Position numbers and translations under genes: made by a program
The notes under the pieces: generated by a model
Database searches by the model: none
What the model was told of the DNA's origin: nothing
Seen by the model: only the letters and a program-made list of their open reading frames with translations
In this document: one piece after another, positions 19,431 to 31,011 of the stretch
How positions within the stretch are numbered: the first letter of the stretch is position 1
Layout of the letters: every line of letters starts with the position of its first letter
Assembly (NCBI GenBank): GCA_965223665.1
Contig: OZ245011.1
Span: forward strand, 3,904,001-3,968,000
DNA: 64,000 bases
Direction of reading: 5' to 3'
DNA from: Nitrospinaceae bacterium
GTDB taxonomy: Bacteria > Nitrospinota > Nitrospinia > Nitrospinales > Nitrospinaceae

Positions 19431-19511
19431 ACGCGGTCGGCCCTTGGAAGATTTTCGGCTACCGTTAATTATCGAACTCAATTAAAACCCAAGAAATTAA
19501 CTATTTATTAA

Positions 19512-21097
<1,586 letters not shown>

Positions 21098-21155
21098 TAA
21101 GAAGACCCAATATTGGTTTAATTTAACAGTGTTGCGTAAGCGCATTCAGATATAA

Positions 21156-22871
21156 ATGGAAACTATTCTAATACTCACATTTTCCTGTCTATTTTTTTAC
21201 TTCATTGGTTATAGATATTATGCAGGTCGGATTGATCGTGAAGTAATTCGCCCTGACCGAAGTAATGAAACTCCCGCTGTAACTCAGAATGATGGAGTAG
21301 ATTATGTGCCCAGCCAACCCGTAGTTTTGTTTGGTCATAACTTTGCTTCAATTGCAGGGGCTGGCCCAGTGATTGGACCAATAATTGCTATGCATCATTT
21401 TGGATGGGCCTTAACCATTTTCTGGATTTTGGTGGGGAATGTGTTTATTGGGGCAGTTCATGATTATTTAACTCTTATGGTTTCAGTTCGAAATAATGGG
21501 AGTTCCATAGCCGAAATTGCCCAAAGCACCATGGGAAACAGAGCAAAAATCGTATTTGCCATTTTTTTAGTGTTAGCTATGCTGCTTGTTATAGCCGTTT
21601 TTGGTGTTGTGGCTGCGAAAACATTAATTGCTCAACCCCAAATGGTATTTCCCACGTTTGCAATCATTCCCGTTTCTATGTTGCTGGGTTGGGGTGTCTA
21701 TAGAAAGGGAGTTAGTATTTCCTTATCTTCTATAGTGGCAATAGGAGCGGTATTGTTAAGTATCTATTATGGTTTTTTAAATCCTATTCCTCTACCTGAA
21801 GAAGGTTTGTTGGGGTTGACTCCTTTAATGTTTTGGTTTGTGGTTCTGATGCTCTATGCGGGAATTGCTTCTGTTATGCCGGTTCAGCTTTTGTTGCAGC
21901 CACGAGATTATCTTTCAACCTACATTTTATTCGGAAGTATGGCATTAGGAATGATTGCTCTGATTTGGGTGCACCCTGGATTAAACACTCCCATGTATTT
22001 AGGAGGATATTCAGAACAACAGGGGCCAGTTTGGCCAATGTTGTTCGTTCTTGTGGCTTGTGGCGCGGTTTCCGGATTTCATTCGTTAGTTGCCGGAGGA
22101 ACAGTTTCCAAGCAATTGGCCAACGAGAAACAAGGCCGATTAATAAGTTTTGGGGGAATGCTGACCGAAGGTGTTGTTGCGGTAAGCACCGTTTTGTTGG
22201 TCGGAGGAGGATTATATTGGGTGGCTCCGGCTGTAGGTAATATAGATATAAATGTTCTGGGTTTCAGAGAAACTTTAAAGGCAGGAGGTTGGATTCATGC
22301 CTTTGGAAACGGATATGGAAATGTGGTCAACCAAATGCTTCCGGTTTTGGGATTTACTTTAGCCTCTATGGTAGCTGTATTGGCTTTAAATACATTTGTA
22401 ATGACAACTCTTGATACAGCAGTTCGAATTACCCGATTTATTGTTCAAGAATCCATTGGAGAAAATAATCCCTTAATTGTAAACAAGTATTTAACTACAA
22501 CAGTTATTGTCTTATTAGCGTATTTGATTGGAGCAACGGATGGCTGGCAAAAAATTTGGCCGGTATTTGGAGCAACAAACCAACTAATTGCTGCAGTGGC
22601 ATTATTTGTAATCTCTGCTTATTTAATTGGGATACGTCGGCCTACTTATTTTACCCTGTATCCAGCTATTTTTATGGTAATCACCACAATTGGGGCTTTG
22701 GCTTGGCAATCCTTTAGGTTCTTTACCTCATCTCAGCCAAATTTATTTCTTGGCTTTACATCCTTGGGGCTAATTTGCCTTGCGTTATTTGTAGGGAACG
22801 AGGGTTTACAGGCCCTGCGGCAAAAGAAATTTATTGCTCATCCAGTATCTGTACCTCCTGAATCCGTTTAA
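21156..22871 (+). CDS. cstA: Carbon starvation protein A family transporter
   Basis: TPA...DGVDYVP, GHNFASIAGAGPVIGP, GAVHDY, ACGAVSGFHSLV, TTLDTAVRITRF and IWPVFGATNQL. Confidence 0.95.
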   Translation: METILILTFSCLFFYFIGYRYYAGRIDREVIRPDRSNETPAVTQNDGVDYVPSQPVVLFGHNFASIAGAGPVIGPIIAMHHFGWALTIFWILVGNVFIGAVHDYLTLMVSVRNNGSSIAEIAQSTMGNRAKIVFAIFLVLAMLLVIAVFGVVAAKTLIAQPQMVFPTFAIIPVSMLLGWGVYRKGVSISLSSIVAIGAVLLSIYYGFLNPIPLPEEGLLGLTPLMFWFVVLMLYAGIASVMPVQLLLQPRDYLSTYILFGSMALGMIALIWVHPGLNTPMYLGGYSEQQGPVWPMLFVLVACGAVSGFHSLVAGGTVSKQLANEKQGRLISFGGMLTEGVVAVSTVLLVGGGLYWVAPAVGNIDINVLGFRETLKAGGWIHAFGNGYGNVVNQMLPVLGFTLASMVAVLALNTFVMTTLDTAVRITRFIVQESIGENNPLIVNKYLTTTVIVLLAYLIGATDGWQKIWPVFGATNQLIAAVALFVISAYLIGIRRPTYFTLYPAIFMVITTIGALAWQSFRFFTSSQPNLFLGFTSLGLICLALFVGNEGLQALRQKKFIAHPVSVPPESV

Positions 22872-23006
22872 AAAGTCCATCTTTTGTAACTATTTGTCTT
22901 GCAATAACTAAATGAAATCTGGTGATTTTGCAGTTGAAGCTAGATTCTTTTTATGGAATATATTATGATAATTTTTATCGAGTAGATTCTTTAAAGGACG
23001 AGAATT

Positions 23007-23660
23007 GTGAAGATTAGTGAAGTTTTAGCAAAACAAACGGAAAAAAAGATGGGAGGAAAAGCTCCTGAAGACAGGCCTTTAAAGCCTGTGGACAATAAAA
23101 CCATCAAAGTGATTCGAACCAGAGAAACTCCAAATCCAAATGCGTTGCAGTTTGTTTTAAACACACAAATTCTCGAAAAAGGAAAGCGGTCCTATTCTTC
23201 TACTGATGAAGCTAAGGGAGATGACTTAGCAAATGCATTATTTGAAATGGATGGGGTAAAAAACGTTTATATAATGCAAAATTTTGTGACTGTAACCAAA
23301 GAGGAACGCCAAGGTTGGAATCCTTTGAAAAATAAAATCTGGAAAACCATTGATGAGAATGTTTCGATTTATAAAAGTGATAATGAAGAGAGCATTCAAA
23401 TCGATGTAAGTGATTTTCATGGGTTGCCTCATGATAAAAAATTGCAAGCCATAGAAATGATTTTGAATCGTTCTATTCGTTTTCAACTAGCTCAGGATGG
23501 GGGTGGAGTCGATCTAATGGGACTGGAGGGAAATGAAGTTCAGATCCATTATCAAGGAGCTTGTGGAGATTGCCCATCCTCAACCACGGGAACTCTCCAA
23601 CATATTGAAAAACTGATCAAGCAACAGCTTGACAGTGACCTTACCGTAAAATCTGTTTAA
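23007..23660 (+). CDS. Nfu/NifU-family Fe-S carrier (Nfu N-terminal plus NifU C-terminal domain)
   Basis: TPNPNALQF and NFVTVTK in the N domain; QDGGG and GACGDCPSS in the C domain. Confidence 0.92.
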   Translation: MKISEVLAKQTEKKMGGKAPEDRPLKPVDNKTIKVIRTRETPNPNALQFVLNTQILEKGKRSYSSTDEAKGDDLANALFEMDGVKNVYIMQNFVTVTKEERQGWNPLKNKIWKTIDENVSIYKSDNEESIQIDVSDFHGLPHDKKLQAIEMILNRSIRFQLAQDGGGVDLMGLEGNEVQIHYQGACGDCPSSTTGTLQHIEKLIKQQLDSDLTVKSV

Positions 23661-23701
23661 ACTACCTTGCTTTGGAATTTTGGTTTTCAACCTATAGAGA
23701 A

Positions 23702-26008
23702 TTAATTTCCCAATGCTTTTAATTGGCGTAATAATCTTACTGGTTTCTCTATTATAGAACGTCCGGGTTTTATTCTTATTTGAGGGTCTTCCCAAGTCCC
23801 AATTATTCTAAAGTAACTTTCAATGAACCCTTCCTCCTTATTTTTTCCCGCTAAAATGGAACCCAATATAGGTATCGCTCTAATAGTTTTATCCAAGCCT
23901 GGAGTGGGTAATGCTTTTCCATGAACTTCAAGTTTTCCCGTAGGTAAGTCTAGATTTCCATTTAAATACATTTTTAACTGAGGAGTTTCCAAGGAAATCT
24001 TTTTTGTTTTTACTAATCCGTCACGAATTAAAAAATTACCTCCAAAATAGTCAAAATTTAATCCCCGTTTCTTTTGTGTTCCAAGACTTGCGGGATTTAA
24101 AACCGTCAGGAGTGCTCGAGTGCCACTTTTTTTCTTAAAACTCCCTTCTCTTAGTTGGGCAAAAATTTGTCCAGAAAGAGTTCTTGTAATGCTACCTTCC
24201 TTAGGAAGATTCCCTGTTAATTGACCCTTGAGATCAAACTTTCCTTGTATATATTTTTTATCAAAATCCTGATAACGTAAATTTTGACTAATAAATTTTA
24301 TTTTAAAATTCTTTGATTTGGCTTGGAAATAACCCTGCCAGGCAATTCTTCCATGCTTGGGGAAAAGAGATGACCTTAAAAATATAAATTTATCTTGTGT
24401 GTATAAAACTTTTCCTTCATATTTTTTAAACCAATTTCCAGCCAAGAGTAATTGTTGACCCCGAATTTCTGCAAAAGGGATGTTGTTTTCATCTAAATTT
24501 AAATTTATGTTGAATTTTTTTATTTTGTTACGGACTTGTTTGTTTTTCCACTCAACTTTCTTTCCTTCAACTTTTCCTACAACTTGAATGGCTTCTGCAG
24601 GAAATAAGGGGCCGCTGATTTTTAAAGATCCGGATAAAAAGCCTTTTGCTTTTCCTTTATTTTTCGGAAAGTTAATTTTTGAAAAGTTTATATTTTTTAT
24701 AATGAGTTTTGAGTCTGCAGAAGGTATAGCTTCATTTTTTGAATTTGTATTAAATAAAACATTTCCCTTTAATGAAACCAGTCCTCCAAGAGTTTCTATA
24801 TCAACATTATGTTGAAGCTTATTATTGTTCCAAATACCCAGTCCATTAAACGATTTGATGGAAAATGACCACTCATTGGATTCAAGCTTGATTCTTTTTG
24901 CCTTTACAGATGCTCGAGCTTGTAAATTTCTGTGTAAATGATCAATATCCTTTAAAGATTCAATGGGCAGACCGGCAGCCAGGCTAAAGGGATAAAATTG
25001 TCCAGTAAAGTGGTATTCATCGAGTTTCCGGTGGATATCAGTAGGCATGAAAAAAAGAATGTGTTTAAATTGATTTGCGGAAAACCCTCCCGATCTTAAT
25101 TTTAAGTTTACGGTTCCTTTTGGGGACATTAGATTTTTAACCGTCATATTTCCTTTTAAGATTAGTTTGTCTAATTGGAACCTAAGTCTTTGGATAGCAG
25201 CATCTAATTGGTTATTTTTTTTCCTCAAAAGTTTTATTGTTAAATGAGTTCGAATAGATTTTTTAGAGTGTACTTTATTCTTATCCATTTTATAGATATG
25301 TATCCAACCATTTTTTACAATAATATTCTTTATTGTTAATTGATAACGTTTCAATATGGAACGAATCGATTCTAAGATAAGTTCTTCAGAATTAATGGTT
25401 TCATTTGGGGAAAGATTTTGGGTTGAGGATGGTTGAGTTTTGTGGCTTTCAAAAATATTCTGATCATTTAACCAGCTTTCTATGAAAGAAATATCATTGG
25501 ATTCAATTGGATTTGATAATGTTTCAGATGTTGAGATTTTTCCAATTTTTGGTTTTGGGATTGAGGAAGGTTTTTTCTCTAAGAAAGCTGAACTAGCCAG
25601 TTTTTTTTGAATAACGGCATTGTTTTTAGCCTCTGGCCAGTTAAGATAAATTTTTACTTCAGGCTCGATTATTTCTGCATTCTTTATTTTAAATTTTCCA
25701 GTCAAGAGGGGGATTATACGAGCACTTACAATTAAACGTTTAGTTGAAATTAGAACCTGTTGCTGATCTTTGGAAAATATTGTGAATCCATCAACTCTTA
25801 AACCAATGCCTTGTGACAAATCGAAATTAATTGAGTCAATTTGAATTGGCAGTCCTGTTGTTTTTGAAAGTGATCTTACCAGGCTTTTTTTGAGTGAGGA
25901 GTAATCTTGAAAGGGTAGGCTTGCCAGGAATCCAAGGGTGCAAAAAAATAAAACTCCTCCTACAAAAATGAGTATGCGACCCCATAACTTCTTAGGTTTA
26001 TTTTTCAT
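23702..26008 (-). CDS. AsmA-like bridge-type envelope protein
   Basis: N-terminal TM anchor, AsmA N-region (LSKTTGLPIQI, IIPLLTGK), beta-rich body and AsmA_2-like C-terminus (IPILGSILAG, FRIIGTWEDPQI). Confidence 0.85.
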   Translation of the reverse strand: MKNKPKKLWGRILIFVGGVLFFCTLGFLASLPFQDYSSLKKSLVRSLSKTTGLPIQIDSINFDLSQGIGLRVDGFTIFSKDQQQVLISTKRLIVSARIIPLLTGKFKIKNAEIIEPEVKIYLNWPEAKNNAVIQKKLASSAFLEKKPSSIPKPKIGKISTSETLSNPIESNDISFIESWLNDQNIFESHKTQPSSTQNLSPNETINSEELILESIRSILKRYQLTIKNIIVKNGWIHIYKMDKNKVHSKKSIRTHLTIKLLRKKNNQLDAAIQRLRFQLDKLILKGNMTVKNLMSPKGTVNLKLRSGGFSANQFKHILFFMPTDIHRKLDEYHFTGQFYPFSLAAGLPIESLKDIDHLHRNLQARASVKAKRIKLESNEWSFSIKSFNGLGIWNNNKLQHNVDIETLGGLVSLKGNVLFNTNSKNEAIPSADSKLIIKNINFSKINFPKNKGKAKGFLSGSLKISGPLFPAEAIQVVGKVEGKKVEWKNKQVRNKIKKFNINLNLDENNIPFAEIRGQQLLLAGNWFKKYEGKVLYTQDKFIFLRSSLFPKHGRIAWQGYFQAKSKNFKIKFISQNLRYQDFDKKYIQGKFDLKGQLTGNLPKEGSITRTLSGQIFAQLREGSFKKKSGTRALLTVLNPASLGTQKKRGLNFDYFGGNFLIRDGLVKTKKISLETPQLKMYLNGNLDLPTGKLEVHGKALPTPGLDKTIRAIPILGSILAGKNKEEGFIESYFRIIGTWEDPQIRIKPGRSIIEKPVRLLRQLKALGN

Positions 26009-26189
26009 CCTGAAGCCCGCTTTTAAAATTACATAGATTTTCTATCTAATTTTATTGTAAAGGGTAAGTTGACTTTAGGAAGGGGTAAGAATGGGGTATT
26101 TGATAAATTAAGGCTTTTATTTTTAAGCTTTTTGTTTTCAAAAAGGTGTGGGGAATAAGCCTTTATTTTTCAATGCTATCGAAATAAAT

Positions 26190-26230
26190 AAAAAAATAAA
26201 AGGCAATGCCCTTTAAAAAGGCATTGCCTT
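26190..26230 (-). terminator. Intrinsic terminator after the PuuD-like gene
   Basis: Perfect 11-bp stem AAGGCAATGCC / GGCATTGCCTT with a U tract on the minus strand. Confidence 0.85.
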
Positions 26231-26270
26231 GGATTTAACTGCAAAAAGTTTTGTTTTTACAAGAATTAAC

Positions 26271-26735
26271 CTAAAATCCGAATCCCCCATGGTTGGCTGC
26301 AACCATACACGCCAACATTGGAAGTGATAACCATGCATTAGTCCTGCTAGCTAAAAATGCAGTTCGTTTTGCTTTTGCCAATGCATCGCCCTCTAATTCT
26401 CCTGCAATGATCTTTTTTTGATTAGGCCAAATTAAAACCCAAACGTTAAATGCCATAACAATTCCCAGAAACATTCCAATCATAATTTCTGGACTAGGAA
26501 TTCCCTGAACCTTGCCTCGGCCGATCACAAAATAAACGATACCTGTAATCACCGTCCAAAGGGCCGCGTGTCTAAATAGAAAGATCGCTTTGGGTAAGAT
26601 GATTTGGGTATAAGGTTTAGCTGCCCCAGCTTCGGTCATTTTGGGCATGGCTTGGACTTGGACCATATTAAAGAAATACAAAAGTCCTATCCAAAGGATT
26701 CCAAAAAGAACATGAAAAAATTCAGCTACCCACAT
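26271..26735 (-). CDS. Four-TM protein of the urate hydroxylase PuuD N-terminal (Urate_ox_N) family
   Basis: HVLFGILWIGLLYFFNMVQ, IMAFNV-like VMAFNVWVLIWPNQKK and ASRTNAWLSLPML motifs; strong GAGGAGG RBS. Confidence 0.8.
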   Translation of the reverse strand: MWVAEFFHVLFGILWIGLLYFFNMVQVQAMPKMTEAGAAKPYTQIILPKAIFLFRHAALWTVITGIVYFVIGRGKVQGIPSPEIMIGMFLGIVMAFNVWVLIWPNQKKIIAGELEGDALAKAKRTAFLASRTNAWLSLPMLACMVAANHGGFGF

Positions 26736-26923
26736 AGAAAGACGCCTCCTCTGATTCCAATATTAATATTAAAACCTGCTAAATCCGGTTATTATTTTCA
26801 AATTTACACTTTCCTGGACAACTTAATGTAAGATGGAAAAATCTGCACACGGATTCAATTAATTTACACAATAATAGGTTTTTGTCCTTAATTTTTCCCC
26901 AATTAGGGGAGGATTTTTTGGAA

Positions 26924-27265
26924 TTATTTTGATTGCAGATAGACCAGCAAAATCCCAATGGCAGCTAAATTGAAAATTAGTAAAGAGTAAGCCCATGAAA
27001 CGGGAATATACTTTGAAGTATTTGTTGCAGGGAAGTGCGTTTTTTCGGGTTGGGAGAATTTGGAAAAGTTATCAACAGTCTTTTGCAAATCCGAATTTAT
27101 ATTTTCTAATTGTTCTACACGAATTTGAAGTTGCTCAATTTGATTTCGCAATTTTAATTTTTCTACTTTCATAGCTTTGGATTTGGCGATTTCACGTTCC
27201 AAAGCATCTTCTGGACCTAAGGTAAGTCCATCCTCATCTATTGGAGGGGTAAAATCATCGGACAT
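26924..27265 (-). CDS. Hypothetical coiled-coil protein with C-terminal membrane anchor
   Basis: Heptad-rich core and hydrophobic C-terminal helix; co-oriented with neighbours. Confidence 0.7.
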   Translation of the reverse strand: MSDDFTPPIDEDGLTLGPEDALEREIAKSKAMKVEKLKLRNQIEQLQIRVEQLENINSDLQKTVDNFSKFSQPEKTHFPATNTSKYIPVSWAYSLLIFNLAAIGILLVYLQSK

Positions 27266-27299
27266 ATTTGCGGCCCATTACTGAAAGGATTGAAAAAAA

Positions 27300-28238
27300 T
27301 TAAATTTGTTTATAAAAATCATCGCTCAACGCATTAAGCTGTTGTAGATGCTCCTTGGACAACTTTAAATCTCCTGCTTGAGAAAACTCCTCTACTTGAG
27401 TGGCTTTTCGAGAGCCTACAGCGGCAGTGACAATATTTTCTTGTTCTAAAACCCAGGCAATAGCAACATTGATGGGTTGTGTCCCTATTTCTTCGGCAAT
27501 GGATTTTAAACTTTTATAAACTTGCTTAGCCTTAGAAAATAAGGGTTCTTGATAGAGATGATAGTTTTTTCGTGTTGGATAATCTAGTCCGTTTTCTTCA
27601 AATCGGCCGCCTAGAAGTCCACGTCCCGTCGGAGAGTATGCCATATATTTTACACCTGAAGTTTTACATTTTGCCAGGGAAGTATCTTCATATTCGCGTT
27701 GTAGTAAATTATAAGGAATTTGATTAACAACAAATTCTGATAAATCTTTGTTTAATCGCTCCAGGTCTTGTGTTTTGAAATTAGATAGACCGATTGTTTT
27801 AGTTTTTCCGCTTCCTCTTAATTGAGTCATAATGTCGATAAGTTTCTTCGACTTTTCCGAGGTGTCAAAAAAATCGCCGGGCCAATGAACAAGATAAACA
27901 TCCACATAATCTCTATCCAAGGCAAGGAGAGTATTTTCGAGTCGTTCTTGATAAGCCTTAAGAGTTAGCTCTGCATCAGGCCAAATTTTTGAAATTATAA
28001 GAACTTCATATTTTTTTGACCCTAAAGCCTTGCCTAGTCTTCTTTCAGATTCTCCATCCCCATAACCTTCAGCAGTATCAAAAGCACGAATTCCTCCATT
28101 TAGAGCCGCTTTTATTGCAGATTCTGCCTCCTGCTCTGTGCATACATCTCCCCAACCCCCACTTGGGGCGATTTGCCAGCAACCAAAAGTGATCACGCTC
28201 CAAGGTTTTTCAAGCCCCTTGCAGTAATTGAATTGCAT
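27300..28238 (-). CDS. Aldo/keto reductase
   Basis: FDTAEGYG, SKIW, YVDVYLVHWP, IGLSNF and AYSPTGRGLL. Confidence 0.93.
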   Translation of the reverse strand: MQFNYCKGLEKPWSVITFGCWQIAPSGGWGDVCTEQEAESAIKAALNGGIRAFDTAEGYGDGESERRLGKALGSKKYEVLIISKIWPDAELTLKAYQERLENTLLALDRDYVDVYLVHWPGDFFDTSEKSKKLIDIMTQLRGSGKTKTIGLSNFKTQDLERLNKDLSEFVVNQIPYNLLQREYEDTSLAKCKTSGVKYMAYSPTGRGLLGGRFEENGLDYPTRKNYHLYQEPLFSKAKQVYKSLKSIAEEIGTQPINVAIAWVLEQENIVTAAVGSRKATQVEEFSQAGDLKLSKEHLQQLNALSDDFYKQI

Positions 28239-28239
28239 T

Positions 28240-28551
28240 TTACCTCATGACTATAGTGACGCGCCGATGAGAAAAATTGGGGCCATCAGTTTTGATTTTA
28301 GTAATCGTCGGAATATTTTTTACTTCCCACTCTTTCAAATGGTTTTTGAATTGCCAAAATCGGAAACCAAGATACAAGACTGTAACTCCAATGAAAAAGA
28401 TGAGTGTCGCAAAGATGTATCCGATTAAAGCAGGAAACAAAAATAATAAGGTTGCAAATGTAATTAAAGCGAATCCAAATCCCCAAATCCCCAGATTTAC
28501 GGATTGAATTCCTTGAAGAATCGGATTGGCGGAATTATTTTTTTGAAACAT
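28240..28551 (-). CDS. Small two-TM hypothetical membrane protein
   Basis: GGAGGA RBS before ATG 28551; two hydrophobic helices; abuts the AKR gene. Confidence 0.7.
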   Translation of the reverse strand: MFQKNNSANPILQGIQSVNLGIWGFGFALITFATLLFLFPALIGYIFATLIFFIGVTVLYLGFRFWQFKNHLKEWEVKNIPTITKIKTDGPNFSHRRVTIVMR

Positions 28552-28777
28552 TAGGAAATCCTCCAATTTTTATTCAGTTAAAATTCAGTAACTGAGGAAA
28601 CTTTCTCCTAAAAAGGATATATGATTTTAAAGGAGCAAAGTCAAGCCAGGACGGAAAGAGAATCAGAAGGTTCTGTTAGTAGTTTGGTTTAATGAATTCA
28701 ATGGCTTACCTATTTGCGGCAGGTGTTGTGAGGGTAGTTTTTGTCTTGCTCACTTAAAGCAAGAAAGGCGAATATTG

Positions 28778-29368
28778 TTACGAAATTTTTAGCAGATCAA
28801 CAATTTTCTTAAAGTCTTTTTTTTGTTGAGGAAGTTTGCGTTTCCAGTTAGTGACTCTGGGACTTGGATGATAAAGAGGGAGCAACCAAAAGTTTTTAAG
28901 TTTTTGTGGCTTGCCCACGTTTTCTTTTAAACTAAATGTGGTTTTTAGTAATCGATTAAGAGCATCCAGCCCTACGCCACCCAAGGTAACTATGATCTTC
29001 GGCTGTAACAAATCAATTACAGATTTTAAAAAATTTGAGCAGTTTTGAATTTCGTTTGAAGTGGGTTTGCTGTTATTCCCCTTATCTAGTGGATTGCATA
29101 AAACAGCATTGGTAATAAAAATATCATTTCGGGTCAACCCAATATGGGCAATCAGCTTTTCAAAATTTTCTCCTGATTTGTCTCCATGAAAAGGAATTCC
29201 CGTGCGGCCGCTTCCCAACCTTCCGGGGGCTTCGGCAATAAATAAAATTTTAGATCTAATTGATCCATTGGATCGGGTAAGAACGGCAGTTTGATCCGCC
29301 ATGCGCTCACAGATGGTGCACTCAGCGGCTTGCTTGAAGAGGGAATGAAACTTTTCAGACCGGGTCAT
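28778..29368 (-). CDS. Uracil-DNA glycosylase, family 4-like (Fe-S)
   Basis: CTIC, AEAPG, FHGDKSG, TNAVLCNP, CSNFL and LYHPS. Confidence 0.9.
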   Translation of the reverse strand: MTRSEKFHSLFKQAAECTICERMADQTAVLTRSNGSIRSKILFIAEAPGRLGSGRTGIPFHGDKSGENFEKLIAHIGLTRNDIFITNAVLCNPLDKGNNSKPTSNEIQNCSNFLKSVIDLLQPKIIVTLGGVGLDALNRLLKTTFSLKENVGKPQKLKNFWLLPLYHPSPRVTNWKRKLPQQKKDFKKIVDLLKIS

Positions 29369-29382
29369 GGAATGGGATTAAA

Positions 29383-29526
29383 TTATGACTTGGATTGTTG
29401 GTCTGGAGACTCGGGATGGTGTTCTGAGGTTTCTTCATCTTCCTCTTCATCATCGCTTGTTCTGCAAATTACTAAAAACCCAACTAACAGCAATACGCTT
29501 GCAATGATAGTGAATAAAATATCCAT
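29383..29526 (-). CDS. 47-aa single-pass membrane protein with acidic tail (absent from the ORF track)
   Basis: Manual translation gives MDILFTIIASVLLLVGFLVICRTSDDEEEDEETSEHHPESPDQQSKS*. It fills the gap between co-oriented genes. Confidence 0.65.
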   Translation of the reverse strand: MDILFTIIASVLLLVGFLVICRTSDDEEEDEETSEHHPESPDQQSKS

Positions 29527-29589
29527 ATTACAATAGAGAGCCCAATTTCTAAATTAACTACTTAATGATAACCGTAGAGTATAATCCAT

Positions 29590-29994
29590 TCAATACGGTT
29601 TAACCGTTGCAAGATAAATCATATAAGCGGCAACTAAAAATATCGCAATATGAACCATCATAGCGTACTTTTTCGGGAGCATATCTTTTTTAATTTGTGC
29701 GCCGTTTAAAAATCCAAGCCCAATTAAAATAACGAGTAAGGTCAGTTTTGAAAAAATCCAATGTCGTTGAAATGCTCCTGTTTCAATGGCTAAATAGGTC
29801 CCTGAAAGAATAGTCACAAAAAGAATAGGGTAGTAAATAAACTTGTGGATACGCTTTTGGGTTTTCTGCAATCCAGTCCGTTCCTCTGGTGTTTTTAATC
29901 TCAAACGAAATACCACAGAAAGAGATTGCAAAAATAGTGTGCCAACTACCAAGCACATGGAAACCATATGCAATGTTAAGAAGAAATTTTTCAT
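29590..29994 (-). CDS. Four-TM membrane protein, DUF2269/HemJ-like
   Basis: LTLH, IYYP..VTILSG, WIFSKL and C-terminal VKPY pattern. Confidence 0.6.
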   Translation of the reverse strand: MKNFFLTLHMVSMCLVVGTLFLQSLSVVFRLRLKTPEERTGLQKTQKRIHKFIYYPILFVTILSGTYLAIETGAFQRHWIFSKLTLLVILIGLGFLNGAQIKKDMLPKKYAMMVHIAIFLVAAYMIYLATVKPY

Positions 29995-30005
29995 TTATTT
30001 TTTAA

Positions 30006-30446
30006 TTAAGAACTTTTTTCAATATTTGGATCAGATTTCCAATACACTAAACTGGAAACAATTAAAGCAATTCCAATTCCACAATAAATTGCAGCCACTA
30101 CTAAGTACCCGCCCAGAACTTCGTTCCAGGTTCTTAATAGAACTCCTAAAACCATCATTCCGATAATAAAAATATAAAATGATTTTGCGTAAACGTGATG
30201 AAACTTTAGAGGTTCGTTAAGATTTTGTATTCGATTTTTATTGCGGTGAGCTGTCTTCGACAACACAAACTTTCCTTTAATAGCTCCAATCACAAGGGCT
30301 GCAGCCAAAGAAATCAATATTGCCTGCTGGGTCGCATTTTGTGTTTCCGCAGCAAGTTGATACATCATCCAGCCACGGTATATTAAAAACAACCCAACGA
30401 ACCCCCAAATGGAACCCGCCAACATAAACAAACTATCTTTATTCAT
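30006..30446 (-). CDS. Hypothetical four-TM membrane protein
   Basis: Four hydrophobic helices with a basic loop; GGGAGAGG RBS. Confidence 0.75.
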   Translation of the reverse strand: MNKDSLFMLAGSIWGFVGLFLIYRGWMMYQLAAETQNATQQAILISLAAALVIGAIKGKFVLSKTAHRNKNRIQNLNEPLKFHHVYAKSFYIFIIGMMVLGVLLRTWNEVLGGYLVVAAIYCGIGIALIVSSLVYWKSDPNIEKSS

Positions 30447-30568
30447 GGAATGACCTCTCCCAGAATTCCAAAATTAATCACGGTTCCTAATTAGATGGTC
30501 GAAAAATAAAAAAGTTTTGGAAAATTAAACAAAGGGGAGTTTGTAAGCTATCAAGGAAATTAATTGTT

Positions 30569-31006
30569 TTAAGAGGAGCTTCGCTCGCTAAACTTCTTTC
30601 CTCGCACGGGACGAACTGCCATCCGTCCACTTTTGCTTTTATAAAGCATTGTGGTCTCCCCGGTTGCCAAATTGAAGATATAGCTATCATTTCCAACGCC
30701 ATCCACAGTCCAAAACGTGGCTTGAGGCCCGGAGGGGAATATGGGATTCAATTTTATCTCTTTTCCGTATTTATCTTGATTAGATTGAGTTGGGTCATAT
30801 AACGTTTCCGCTTCCTCTTTTTCTGGCATCCGCCAGTCATTATAACCAGCAAATTTAGTGTTATTTAAATCTTGTGTGTATTGCCAAGCTTCATCCCAAG
30901 TCACCCATTTTTGTTCTACCTGCCAAGAATCTTCTTTTGTCCAAATCAGTTGATTCGAGTTGTCGGTGATTGTCTTATCATTGTTATCTGTAAATTTTTC
31001 GGACAT
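30569..31006 (-). CDS. DUF1566 (Lcl C-terminal) domain protein
   Basis: DNNDKTITD...LIW, TWDEA..Y...LN, FAGYNDWRMP, FWT and VRPVR. Confidence 0.88.
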   Translation of the reverse strand: MSEKFTDNNDKTITDNSNQLIWTKEDSWQVEQKWVTWDEAWQYTQDLNNTKFAGYNDWRMPEKEEAETLYDPTQSNQDKYGKEIKLNPIFPSGPQATFWTVDGVGNDSYIFNLATGETTMLYKSKSGRMAVRPVRGKKFSERSSS

Positions 31007-31011
31007 TATAT

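Noticed and set aside
29291..29536. 81-aa plus-strand ORF with a poly-Ser run
   Set aside because: Antisense shadow of the Glu/Asp codons of the 47-aa minus-strand ORF; it also overlaps the UDG gene.
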